From: an uncultured virus (IMG/VR IMGVR_UViG_3300046168_000066) | Lineage: Duplodnaviria; Heunggongvirae; Uroviricota; Caudoviricetes | Direction: 5' to 3' (one strand) | DNA length: 64,000 nt | IMG/VR virus record: IMGVR_UViG_3300046168_000066 | In this document: positions 42,090-52,758 of the stretch, piece by piece | Layout: each line of letters starts with the position of its first letter | How positions within the stretch are numbered: position 1 is the stretch's first letter | Position numbers and translations under genes: made by a program | Notes under the pieces: model-generated | Seen by the model: the letters and a program-made list of their open reading frames with translations, nothing else | Database searches by the model: none | What the model was told of the DNA's origin: nothing

Positions 42090-42944
42090 ATGAAAGGTAT
42101 AATATTAGCAGGAGGAAGTGGTACTCGTTTGTATCCAACAACGAGTGTAGCAAGCAAGCAATTGCTTATGCTTTACGATAAACCAATGATTTACTATTCG
42201 TTGTCGAGTTTATTAAGATTCGGTATCAACGAAATATGTATAATCTCTAACGATATCGGATTGAAGTTTTTCCGCAAACTTTTCGGTGATGGAAAAAAGT
42301 TCGGATGTAAATTTGAGTATATTCTACAAGAAAAAAGCAATGGAATCGCAGAAGCATTTATTCTTGCGGAAGATTTTATTAAAAATGATCCTGTGTGTTT
42401 GATTTTGGGTGACAACTTTTTTCATGCTTCAAATAAATTCTTTGAAATTGAAACTCCAATAAAAGGAGGAACGGTGTTTGCGTATCGTGTGGAAGATCCA
42501 GAAAGATACGGAGTTGTTGAATTTGATAAAAATAAGATTGCATTGAGCATTGAGGAGAAACCAAAGAAACCTAAAAGCAATTATGCAGTCACTGGATTAT
42601 ATTTTTACGACAATGATGTGGTGAATATTTCCAAGAATTTAAAACCATCTGATCGTGGGGAACTTGAAATTACAGATGTAAACAATGAGTATTTAAAACG
42701 AGGTGATCTTAAAGTAAAAGTAATGCCAAACGGAAGTGCTTGGTTAGACGCAGGAACTGCTGAAAGTTTCTTTGATACATCTTCGTATATTCGTACTATT
42801 CAAAGAAGACAAGGAGTGTGTATAGGATGCTTGGAAAGCATCTGTCTAGAGCAAAACTTCATTGATGTTCAACAATATGATCGTTTGCTAAGAAGAATAC
42901 CAAAATCATCATACAAAGATGCTTTGCGTGGAAAGTTTTTATAA
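42090..42944 (+). CDS. rmlA: Glucose-1-phosphate thymidylyltransferase
   Basis: MKGIILAGGSGTRLYP, SKQLL, LILGDN, EEKP, VTGLYFYD, RGELEITD, WLDAGT. Confidence 0.96.
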   Translation: MKGIILAGGSGTRLYPTTSVASKQLLMLYDKPMIYYSLSSLLRFGINEICIISNDIGLKFFRKLFGDGKKFGCKFEYILQEKSNGIAEAFILAEDFIKNDPVCLILGDNFFHASNKFFEIETPIKGGTVFAYRVEDPERYGVVEFDKNKIALSIEEKPKKPKSNYAVTGLYFYDNDVVNISKNLKPSDRGELEITDVNNEYLKRGDLKVKVMPNGSAWLDAGTAESFFDTSSYIRTIQRRQGVCIGCLESICLEQNFIDVQQYDRLLRRIPKSSYKDALRGKFL

Positions 42945-42964
42945 TAGATTTATATTTATTATAC

Positions 42965-43219
42965 ATGGGAGATTGCAAAAAGTATATAGTAACTGCTCAA
43001 GGTGTGGTAAACCCAAAATCCAAGACAAAAGCATTGAGTATATTTAAAAAAAGATCAGATAACAATAATTACACTTATATTGATATAACACGTGAAACAA
43101 TAAATGAAAATACAGAATTAATTGATGACGATTACTTGAATGAGGATAAAAATAATCATCACCTATCTTTCAAAAAAATTTGGAAATTTTGGATTAATAA
43201 TTTGAAAAAAGAAAAATGA
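42965..43219 (+). CDS. Small hypothetical protein (possible remnant)
   Basis: 84 aa ORF preceded by an ATATTTAT motif; ATGA overlap with the next gene. Confidence 0.45.
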   Translation: MGDCKKYIVTAQGVVNPKSKTKALSIFKKRSDNNNYTYIDITRETINENTELIDDDYLNEDKNNHHLSFKKIWKFWINNLKKEK

Positions 43220-43872
43220 AAATAGCAGTTTATACGGCAAACATCGGTGGTTGCATCAAATTGTATGAACCAAAAATTCTTGAGAATAATGTTGACTACA
43301 TTTACTTCACCGATGACAAAAATTTGAAATCCGATAAATGGAATATTGTTTATGTAGAAAATACAATAGAAACAACAGACGTGTCACCCGGAAACAGATC
43401 ACTTGCCAAACGAATAAAGATGCTATTTTGGGAATATCTTATAGAATATGATTGGGTGGTTTGGATTGATGCTCAAAATCAAATTCTATCAGATGGATTT
43501 CGTTCTTATATAGACACAATACCATCTACCATTGACGCAGTATTTAAACCAAATCCAAAACCACGTGACGTTGGTCCACGTAAACGAAGAACTAAAACAA
43601 ATGTTTATGAAGAAATTCGTGTATGTAAGTTCTTTAATTTAGATAATCCTGAAGAACTTGATATATGGGAAACTGAATTGAAAAATATGAACTTTCCTTC
43701 ATACGAATATGGTTTGTTTGAAACTAATATTATATTTAGAAGGTGTAATTTTGAAAACATTCCAAAAGACTTTTACCAAGAGTGGTGGGACTTGAGTACC
43801 AACCGTTTTAGACGTGACCAACTTACTATAAATTATTTGATATGGAAATATGATATAAAAGAATATGTTTAG
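43216..43872 (+). CDS. DUF616 (TOD1/MUCI70-like) glycosyltransferase; may extend to about 43970 by a frameshift
   Basis: VYTANIG, YIYFTDD, VWIDA, ETNIIFR, WW, RDQL. Confidence 0.75.
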   Translation: MKIAVYTANIGGCIKLYEPKILENNVDYIYFTDDKNLKSDKWNIVYVENTIETTDVSPGNRSLAKRIKMLFWEYLIEYDWVVWIDAQNQILSDGFRSYIDTIPSTIDAVFKPNPKPRDVGPRKRRTKTNVYEEIRVCKFFNLDNPEELDIWETELKNMNFPSYEYGLFETNIIFRRCNFENIPKDFYQEWWDLSTNRFRRDQLTINYLIWKYDIKEYV

Positions 43873-43970
43873 ATGATAAATTAGATGATATTATATCTAC
43901 CTATAAAGATGAAAACGGCCGTACAGATAAAGGAACTGCTGAACGAAACGGTAATTTTTAGAAGAACTAA

Positions 43971-43979
43971 ATATTTATA
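43971..43979 (+). promoter_or_regulatory. ATATTTATA motif
   Basis: Upstream of ATG 43983. Confidence 0.5.
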
Positions 43980-43982
43980 GAT

Positions 43983-44866
43983 ATGATATTATTAATTGGT
44001 GGTACAGGATATGTCGGACTTAAATTTCAGGAGATTTTGTCTTCACGAATATTGAGTTTAAAAATCTTTCTCGTAGTGAAGTAGATTATTATGATTTTAA
44101 AACATTGAACGATGTAATTGAAAATGCAAAACCTGAGTTTGTATTAAACGCAGGAGGTTTCACAGGAAAACCAAACGTTGATCAATGTGAAATCAATAAA
44201 AGTGGAACAATCATCGGAAACGTGCTTCTTCCACAGATTCTTGGTCAAGTATGCGAACTTAATGATGTTCCGTTGGTTCACGTAAGCAGTGGTTGCATTT
44301 ATGCAGGTGACAAAGGAGAAGATGACGATGGAAACAAAATCGGATTCACCGAAGAAGATACTCCAAACTTTTCATACGATCAACCTCCTTGTAGTTTTTA
44401 TAGTGGAAGCAAAGCACTTGGTGAAGAAGTTTTAAGCAAGTTTGAAAAAGTATATACTTGCAGACTGAGGATTCCATTTGACGAATTTGATTCAAACAGA
44501 AACTATCTGTCCAAGATTCAGAGATATGACAAAGTGTATAATGCGGTAAACTCAATTTCACATCGTGAAGAATTTGTAAATGCTTGTATTGACTTGGCAT
44601 TGAGAGAATGTGATTACGGAATCTACAACGTAACCAACGGAGGGTATGTTACAACCAAACAAGTCGTTGAATGCATGAAAAAGAAGTTTAAGTTAAAAAA
44701 AGAATTTGAATATTGGGAAGATGATTCAGAGTTTTATAGCAAAGGAGCAACTGCACCAAGATCAAATTGCGTTATGGACAATAGCAAATTATTAAACACA
44801 GGAATCAAAATGCGTTATTGTATGGACGCAATTGAATCTTCATTTGAAAAATGGGTGAAAGAGTAA
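43983..44866 (+). CDS. RmlD-family / NRS-ER-type nucleotide-rhamnose epimerase-reductase (apparent -1 frameshift near 44048)
   Basis: Corrected N-terminus MILLIGGTGYVG; AGGFTGKPNVDQCE, SSGCIY, SFYSGSK, RLRIP, PRSNC. Confidence 0.8.
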
Positions 44867-45817
44867 TATTAATAACAGGAGGTTGTGGATTCATTGGTTC
44901 AAACCTTGTTCTGCATCTTGCGAAGAAGTATCCTAATTACAAACTCGTCAACTTGGACTTGATGACTTATGCTTCGGATGCAAGTTATCTTGAGTCGTTG
45001 AAAGACAATCCAAATTACGTATTTGTAAAGGAGACATCCGTGATGAAAGTTGGTGAACGAACTTTTTGATGAACACAATATTGACTCGGTTATTCATCTT
45101 GCAGCCGAATCACACGTAGACAATAGCATCAAAAGACCATTAGACTTTGTTACAACGAATGTAGTAGGTACTTGTGTGCTTCTTGAAGCATTTCGTAATC
45201 AAGGCAAAGGAAGATTTCATTATGTGTCCACAGACGAAATTTACGGAACACTAGGAGCAACTGGAAAATTTTCGGAAACAACTCCGTTTGATCCTAATAG
45301 TCCTTATAGTGCAAGTAAAGCAAGTGGTAACTTCTTTGTAAATGCTTATTCTGAAACATACAAACTGAATGTTATTACAACAAGTTGTTCAAACAATTAT
45401 GGTCCTCATCAGCATCGTGAGAAATTGATTCCAACGATTGTTCGTACTGCACTTGCTGATAAAGATATTCCTATTTACGGAAAAGGAGATAATGTTCGTG
45501 ATTGGTTGTTTGTTGAAGATCATTGCGTTGCAATTGATGAAGTATTTCACAACGGAAAAACGGTGAAATCTACAATGTAGGTGGAATAAAGAACTCAATA
45601 ATCTTGAACTTGCAAATAAAATTTGTGATATTCTTGATGAATTAAAACCCAAAAAAACAAAATACTCAGAACAACTTACTTTCGTTGAAGATCGCAAAGG
45701 ACACGATTTTCGTTATGCAGTTGATTTCAGTAAAATTCACAATGAATTAAATTGGAATCCAACAAAGATTTTGAAGGAAAACTTCGTGAAACTTTGAAGT
45801 GGTGTATGAAAAAATAA
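44851..45817 (+). CDS. rmlB: dTDP-glucose 4,6-dehydratase (five apparent single-A deletions)
   Basis: ITGGCGFIGSN, HLAAESHVD, VSTDEIYG, PNSPYSASK, CSNNYGP, RDWLFVEDH, DRKGHDFRYA across frames. Confidence 0.92.
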
Positions 45818-45827
45818 TAATATTTTT

Positions 45828-45836
45828 ATATTTATA
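45828..45836 (+). promoter_or_regulatory. ATATTTATA motif
   Basis: Upstream of ATG 45841. Confidence 0.5.
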
Positions 45837-45840
45837 ATAT

Positions 45841-46953
45841 ATGAAAGATGGTGTCAACTATTATGCTGAGATAATTAGCATAAAAAATGAATTATTGGAA
45901 TTAAATGAAAAAACTCAAGTGTATGATCCTGAGTTAAATTGGGAATATATAAAAAGCAGAAAATCAGAATTGTTTGTAAAATTAAAAGAATACAACAAGC
46001 AAATTCAGTATACAAATTCTAATATAACTCCAGTAAAACCGATTGAATTTGATTCCGACAAAATAATAAATAAATACAAAAAAATCACTTGCATTTTACA
46101 ATACTACGATGAACCGGTAATTGAACGAAGAAACGAGTTAATTTCAGCAATTAATAATAACATTAATAATCAAGAAATAAACACTTGTGTAATTTTTTTA
46201 GAAAACACAAAAGCATCAAGAGCAATAAAATCATTAAAAAAAGATTTAATAAAATCTTCAAAAATAAAATATATTTCCACCGAAAAACGATTAACATATC
46301 AAGATGCAATAAAGTGGGTAAACAAAGATAATAAAAAAGACACCGTTTATTTATTAACAAATAATGATTGTTATTTTAATCAATCTATAAATTTGTTAAA
46401 AAAAGTTGATTATTGCAATGGAAAACGATTGTTATGTTTAACACGAAAAGATCAATTAAAAGATGGAACAATTGAAAGAGGAAAATCACCTCCAATATAC
46501 AATGAAACTTACGAATTCAATAAAGTTCACGATTTAAATAGAGAAAATTGGTCATTATTAGATTACAACTGCTCAGATGCGTGGGCATTTATTTGCTCAA
46601 TTGATGATTTAAATTGTAATTACGAACTTGGTACATTCAATTGCGAGTATTTTTTTACCGAAGACTTGCACCTTAATAATGTTCAACTTAGAAATCCAAG
46701 TGAGTATATAGATTGTATTCATATTCACAATACAAACTTTCGCAGAAATTATGCGTTTGGTAACGATATAACAAGTCAACGACAAAACAAATTATATCCG
46801 TCAGAACCATCAGATCGAAATGAAAATAATTGGATTTTAGGCACTTGGAGATTGCGATCAAAATATAATTATGTGGACAGGGATTCCGAGATGCATGAGT
46901 ATTCGGATTACGTGGTTCGGAATTTTATGGACATATGCGAGGGTGAGGAATGA
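45841..46953 (+). CDS. Hypothetical GT-A-like protein
   Basis: LTNNDCYF, DAWAF, NPS...IHIH; preceded by ATATTTATA. Confidence 0.45.
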   Translation: MKDGVNYYAEIISIKNELLELNEKTQVYDPELNWEYIKSRKSELFVKLKEYNKQIQYTNSNITPVKPIEFDSDKIINKYKKITCILQYYDEPVIERRNELISAINNNINNQEINTCVIFLENTKASRAIKSLKKDLIKSSKIKYISTEKRLTYQDAIKWVNKDNKKDTVYLLTNNDCYFNQSINLLKKVDYCNGKRLLCLTRKDQLKDGTIERGKSPPIYNETYEFNKVHDLNRENWSLLDYNCSDAWAFICSIDDLNCNYELGTFNCEYFFTEDLHLNNVQLRNPSEYIDCIHIHNTNFRRNYAFGNDITSQRQNKLYPSEPSDRNENNWILGTWRLRSKYNYVDRDSEMHEYSDYVVRNFMDICEGEE

Positions 46954-47543
46954 TTGTATCGCATAAGCATAAGTTTGTATTTGTCAAGATTCCCAAGACT
47001 GCGGGGGAATCCTTTGTAAGTGTTTTGGAACAATATGCGGCCATGGATTTATGGAATACTGATTTAGGAAATCACGAAAGGTATAGTGATATTATTTTGG
47101 AAAATCGTGATTTTGAAAAATATTTTTCCTTTGCGTTTGTCAGAAATCCTTACGAGTTAAAGGTTTCTAGGTATTTCTATGTAAAAGAGGTTGAGAAAGT
47201 GTGCAGTTGTACTAGTTTTGTAGAATGGGTAACATTGGGTTCTCCGGTAAAAATGTTAGATGAAACACAGAGCAAGGAAGATTGGTTTCCTTGGTCGCAG
47301 CTGCGTTTTTTGATGAACAAGGAGCGTGAGTTGGCAGTAGATTTCATCGGAAGATTTGAAAACCTTCAAGAAGACTTTAATACAATCTGCGACAAAATCG
47401 GAATTCCACGACAACAACTTCCACACAAAAACAAATCAAAACATAAACATTACACCGAATACTATGACGATGAGACAAGAGAAATTGTTGCGGAAAAATA
47501 CGCAAAAGACATTGAGCATTTCGGTTACGAGTTTGGAGAATGA
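46950..47543 (+). CDS. Sulfotransferase family 2 protein
   Basis: [16 protein letters not shown]; conserved tail. Confidence 0.9.
   Translation: [197 protein letters not shown]
47340..47543 (+). repeat. Sulfotransferase constant 3' repeat copy
   Basis: ~200 bp, highly similar to the copies at 48614, 53197, 59473 and 60088. Confidence 0.9.
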
Positions 47544-48181
47544 TAATATCACATAAACATAAGTTTGTATTTATTGCAGTACCGAAAACTGCTACTGCGA
47601 CCATTCGTGAAGCACTAAAAACACATTCGGATATAATCGGTGAGGGTATAGATCCACCCTATGACTGGCATCCACGTGCAGTTGATTTAAAAAAACACTT
47701 TCACAAAAAAAAATGGGACTGGAATAAATATTTTAAATTTGCTTTTGTGCGTAATCCCTGGGATAGATTAAACTCAGAATATTTATATAGAAAGAAAAGA
47801 ATAAGTGTATTTAAGGATAAGCAAGACAAACCAAAATATATAATAGAATCAGAGAAAATGTTTCGTAATGTTGATAATTTTGCGAAGTGGGTTAAAAGTG
47901 AGTATATCAATACACAAAATCCATGCTTCCCAAATCAATGTAAATATTTGATGGAAACAAATAATGAATTACTTGTAGATTTTGTAGGCAAATTTGAAAA
48001 CTTACAACAAGATTTTAATATAGTCTGTGATAAAATAGGGATTGAAAGACAAACCCTTCAGCATAAAAATAAAACCAAACATAAATTTTATACGGAATAT
48101 TACGATGAAGAAGCACGACAGATTGTGGCAGAAGTGTACGCAGACGAAATTAAGTGCTTTGATTATGAATTTGGAGAATAA
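47540..48181 (+). CDS. Sulfotransferase family 2 protein
   Basis: [19 protein letters not shown]; conserved tail. Confidence 0.9.
   Translation: [213 protein letters not shown]
47978..48181 (+). repeat. Sulfotransferase constant 3' repeat copy (more diverged)
   Basis: Same peptide tail with more synonymous changes. Confidence 0.7.
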
Positions 48182-48184
48182 TAA

Positions 48185-48817
48185 ATGAGAATATCACATA
48201 AATATAAATTTGTATACATTGCGGTAACTAAAACTGGAAGCACCACGGTTAGAAAAATGTTAAATCCACTCTCTGATGTTGTGAGTGACCATTCCACAGA
48301 ATCCCCTTATCACCATCACACTCATGCGGTAGATTTAAAGAAACATTTTAAGGAGAGGGGTTGGAATTGGGACGAATACTTTAAGTTTTCATTTGTAAGA
48401 AATCCGTGGAGTAGATTGGTTTCACTTTTTAACTATCAACGAGAGTATGTTCGTGGGTATGAAAAAGACGTTGAGTCTTCCAGGTATTTTGAGGGATATT
48501 ACAAAAGATGTAAGAAAAATACTCACAACAGAAATTTTGAAGTATATGTAGATAAGATTTGGATGGGTGACCAATTTGATTTTCTATATGATGAAAATAA
48601 TAATCAACTTGTTGATTTTGTCGGCAAAACAGAAAACCTCCAAGAAGACTTCAATACAATCTGCGACAAAATTGGAATTCCACGACAAGAACTTCCACAC
48701 AAAAATAAAACAAAACACAAACATTACACTGAATACTACGATGACGAAACGAGGGAACTTGTTGCGGAAAAATACGCAAAAGACATTGAGTATTTTGGGT
48801 ATGAATTTGGAGAATGA
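48185..48817 (+). CDS. Sulfotransferase family 2 protein
   Basis: [19 protein letters not shown]; conserved tail. Confidence 0.9.
   Translation: [210 protein letters not shown]
48614..48817 (+). repeat. Sulfotransferase constant 3' repeat copy
   Basis: Direct DNA comparison with the other copies. Confidence 0.9.
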
Positions 48818-48820
48818 GAA

Positions 48821-49458
48821 ATGAGAATATCACACAAACATAAATTTGTTTTCATTGCAATGGAAAAGACTGGATCAGTATCAATAAGAAACATATTGGA
48901 CGAGTATTCTGATATAAGATATGGTAATTTTAATAATAAAAATCCACACACCACTGCAAGGGATGTTAAAAAAGAGTTGTTCGTAAATGACACAAAAAAA
49001 TTTAATTCGTATTTTAAATTTGCATTTGTAAGAAATCCGTGGGCAAGAATGATATCCTGGTACGAGTTCATGTGTAAGCAAGTCCACAAAACCGAATCCC
49101 AAAAATATGATTGTGTGGTAAACAATTACGATGAATATAAAAAAATTTCTTTAATGGGATTTAATAGATTTATACAGTCTGAGTATGAAAAAAACAATTC
49201 TCACTACCTTGGGTATAGTAGATATTATGAAGATGAAAATGGGAATAATTTATTAGATTTCATCGGAAAAGTTGAAAATATTCAAGAGGACTTTAATACC
49301 GTCTGCGACAAAATTGGAATTCCAAAACAAAAACTTCCACACGAAAACAAAACTAAACACAAACACTACACTGAATATTACGATGACGAAACGAGGGAAC
49401 TTGTTGCGGAAAACTATAAAAAGATATTGAGTATTTTAATTATAAGTTTGGTGAATAA
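48821..49458 (+). CDS. Sulfotransferase family 2 protein (apparent -1 frameshift near 49420)
   Basis: IAMEKTGS; FVRNPWAR; adding one A restores YKKDIEYFNYKFGE*. Confidence 0.88.
49256..49458 (+). repeat. Sulfotransferase constant 3' repeat copy
   Basis: Shares tacgatgacgaaacgagggaacttgttgcggaaaa with the 48614 copy. Confidence 0.88.
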
Positions 49459-49475
49459 GAAAATAAATGGCATCA

Positions 49476-49484
49476 ATATTTATA
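49476..49484 (+). promoter_or_regulatory. ATATTTATA motif
   Basis: Upstream of ATG 49489. Confidence 0.5.
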
Positions 49485-49488
49485 TTCA

Positions 49489-50703
49489 ATGGAACATACG
49501 GTTGACTTAATAACAGTTATTTGCGGAAAAGAGTATTGTTTTGAGAAATGGTTTGCGTATATCAAAACTCTTTTGTATAAAAGAAAAATTAAAACTTGGA
49601 TAATTGTCAATAACTCTCCACGTAAATTTTTTGAAAACTTACAATCAAAAATTGTAATTGAAAAAATTCAAAATTATGTGCAAATAAAATTTGTAGAAGG
49701 ACCCGGCAAGTTTTTCCCACCAGACGGAATGGACTGGCGTGATCCAGAGATTTGCATAGGTAAACATAAAAGCACAGGTGCGTCATTCACACTGGGATTT
49801 GTAGCAAGTTCTGCTGATTATGTGCTTACGATTGATGATGATATTGTTCCACCGAACGGAGCATTTGAAAAACTTTTAGATTACAAATTAAGAAACGATG
49901 GTCGTGTGGGAGTAATCGGTGGTTTGTATTTTAATCACGAAGGATGGAATTCAGATAATCCTTGGCGAACTCGTTCTCAATTAAAAAGAACCGTTGTTGC
50001 GTCCGTAAAAAAAGAACATTGGTTACCTGCAATGATAGATGATTATTGGAATAAGGGAGTGGTTGAAAGTGGTTATATAGGAACTGGATTTACATTGTAT
50101 GATTGTTTGTATGTACGACAATGTTTGCCTATGCAGACAGTTAGAAACTATGAAAAAAGAACTATTATGGGTCCAGACGGACATTTGTGTAAACAACTTC
50201 GTGAAATTTATGATAAACACACATTCGTTGATAGTAGTATTTTATGTGAACATTATGAAACAGAAACAAAAGAAGCAGGAGTAGGTGCGAAAAAATTTAT
50301 TGAAAATACTAAAGCAGTTGGTGATGTAATAATGGTTGGTGGTATTGGTCCGTATCAAAAAAGAAAACAACAATACAATTCTGCTTTGCATCTTGCAAAA
50401 CAAACAAACTGCAAAATTATAATAATTTGGTTGAATAATATTCAAGAAATCTGTGATTTCACGGATCAATACACTCACGATGTTGTACATATAGATGCAG
50501 AACGAGCATCTTATGATTTTGTGAATATTGAAAATAAATATATTAAATACAAAAAGATTTTAGATGAAGCATTCTTTTTTGAAAAAAACAAAGGAAACTT
50601 TCGTAACATTATTAACTTATTGGAAAATACAAATAAAGTACCATCTTTGTTTCATAAAATATTTCCACAAAATATTAAGAATAAACTGCGGATTACAAAA
50701 TGA
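49489..50703 (+). CDS. GT2-like glycosyltransferase with an extra C-terminal domain
   Basis: YVLTIDDDIVPP, IGGLY, GTGFTL, GPDG, CEH. Confidence 0.65.
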   Translation: MEHTVDLITVICGKEYCFEKWFAYIKTLLYKRKIKTWIIVNNSPRKFFENLQSKIVIEKIQNYVQIKFVEGPGKFFPPDGMDWRDPEICIGKHKSTGASFTLGFVASSADYVLTIDDDIVPPNGAFEKLLDYKLRNDGRVGVIGGLYFNHEGWNSDNPWRTRSQLKRTVVASVKKEHWLPAMIDDYWNKGVVESGYIGTGFTLYDCLYVRQCLPMQTVRNYEKRTIMGPDGHLCKQLREIYDKHTFVDSSILCEHYETETKEAGVGAKKFIENTKAVGDVIMVGGIGPYQKRKQQYNSALHLAKQTNCKIIIIWLNNIQEICDFTDQYTHDVVHIDAERASYDFVNIENKYIKYKKILDEAFFFEKNKGNFRNIINLLENTNKVPSLFHKIFPQNIKNKLRITK

Positions 50704-52138
50704 TTCACACAAAAAACAAATGTATTTTTGTGCATATAAACAAAACCGCAGGAACAAGTATTTCACTTGCTCTTGATATGCTTCAACTTCATTTGACTGC
50801 AACTGAAGTATTAACGCATAAATATGAAGATGATGATCAATGTAAGCAATGGAATGGATGGTTAGAAGGAACACGCATAAACAAATACAATTGGTTACAA
50901 TTAAATGAAATAAAAAAGTATTGGCACGAATATACAAAATTTACAATTGTAAGAAATCCGTGGGACAGAGTTGTATCAGACTACTGCTACGCAAAAAAGG
51001 AGGGATTTATCGCAAACGATGTTTCATTCAAACAGGATGTTTTAAATAATTTAAATTGCAAAAATAAATGGAAAAGTCCTTGCTATGATTGGATTTCGTA
51101 TGATGGTAAAATACAAGTTGATCAAATATTAAAATACGAAAATCTCAAAAGTGATTTTGATAAATTGTGCATTAAATTAAATTTACATACCCGTGATCTT
51201 ATTGCACATTAATAAAACAGAACACAAACACTATTCAGAATATTATGATAGTGAGACCTAAAGAAATAATTGCGGAAAAATACGCAAAAGACATTGAGCA
51301 TTTTAATTATGAGTTTGAAAATATCAAGTCAAATAAATGCAACATAAATAAAAAAATATACCTTAATAGTAACTTAGATTCAAATCAATTAAAACTACCT
51401 TATTTTCTAATTCCCGGATTTCAAAAATGTGGATCGACCTCGTTGTGGGTAAACTTAAAAAAGCATCCACAATTAGATTTAGGTACAAAAAAAGAAATTG
51501 ATTTTTTTACTCAAAACTACGAAAAAGGACCCGAATGGTATGCTTCTCATTATACGCAAGAAAACAAAAAAAGAGGAGATGTCAGTGTAAACTACGGTAA
51601 CGCAATAAACGGAAATATCAAAATACTCAGCAGAATTAAAACGATGTTGCCCAATGCTAAATTAATATTTACACTTCGTGATCCAATTGCAAGAGCATTT
51701 TCTGCCTACAATCACTATATGCAAAATTTAGAGCAATCAAGAAAGCATGGTGGTTGGTTGCTTCCTGGTAAATCGTTTTACGAAAATGTAAAAGAAGAGC
51801 AAAAAAATAATTTTAGTAGAGGCATTGTTAAGCAAGGTTTTTATTGGGATATTCTTGAAAAGATATACGAAAATTTTACTAAGAATCAAGTGCTTATATT
51901 AAAGCAAGAAGATTTGTGGAACAACCCAAGTCAAAGTTATTTTAGAATCTTTGATTTTTTAGAAGTAGATAAAATAAACTTAAAATATGAGTGTTCACAC
52001 AGAAGAAAATACGAATCACAAATTGATAAAAAATCTTATGATTTACTAAGTGAGATATACAAACAAAAAAATTCAGAGTTAAAGGAAAATATTGGAATTA
52101 ATTACGAACACGGAGTATCAAATGAATCGGAGTGTTAA
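50700..52138 (+). CDS. Double sulfotransferase: family-2 domain plus Sulfotransfer_1 (heparan-sulfate O/N-sulfotransferase-like) domain; two apparent +1 frameshifts near 51200 and 51258
   Basis: VHINKTAGTS...VRNPWDR; the tail [39 protein letters not shown] reads through into PYFLIPGFQKCGSTSL...KEIDFF...LRDPIARAFSAY. Confidence 0.78.
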
Positions 52139-52753
52139 TGTAGTTGGGTGGGGAGGTGGAGCTATCTTTCTTCTCAAACCTACATAATGAAATTTATGTT
52201 GAGAGAATTTAATTGGAAACTAAACACTCTTGCAGATAAAAACTCTGAAAAACATTGTCAATACGGTCTTAAAAAACAATATGGTCTCAAAAACGGAATA
52301 GCAGAGACAACAAATTATATCAGACTCAAAAAGCAAACAACATTTTATGTTTATTCTTGTCCGGTAAAATGTATTGCGAGTCATTACAGAAGAGCCTGGC
52401 ATCAGTTACAAAAAATAAAGATGACCGGTGTTTATGAAAAACTTCCTTCATCATTGGGTGAGTATGAAAATCTAGTAGTTTCTGAAAAAAGAGATCCATT
52501 TATGTTGTATCATCATTTTGTAGGATGGTCATATTGTCCTAATTTCTATCCGATAATCCTTGAAGATTTGATTCAATACAAAAAAGAATTAGCGAATCAC
52601 TTTGAACTTAATGTATCTCATTTTGACAATATCCAAATCGCAAAAAGAAATTCAAAGATGTCTACTAATTTGAAATATAATAGTTTTTATGAAGAGATAT
52701 ACGATAAAATAAGAAAAGAAGCAAAACAAATATTGTTGGAAAAAATCGGATAA
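52122..52753 (+). CDS. Hypothetical, possibly sulfotransferase-like protein (probable frameshift near 52165)
   Basis: SD ggag + ATG 52122 (MNRSVNVVGWGGGA) joins ORF 52148; PVKCIASHY resembles the 3'-PB motif. Confidence 0.4.
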
Positions 52754-52758
52754 ATAAT

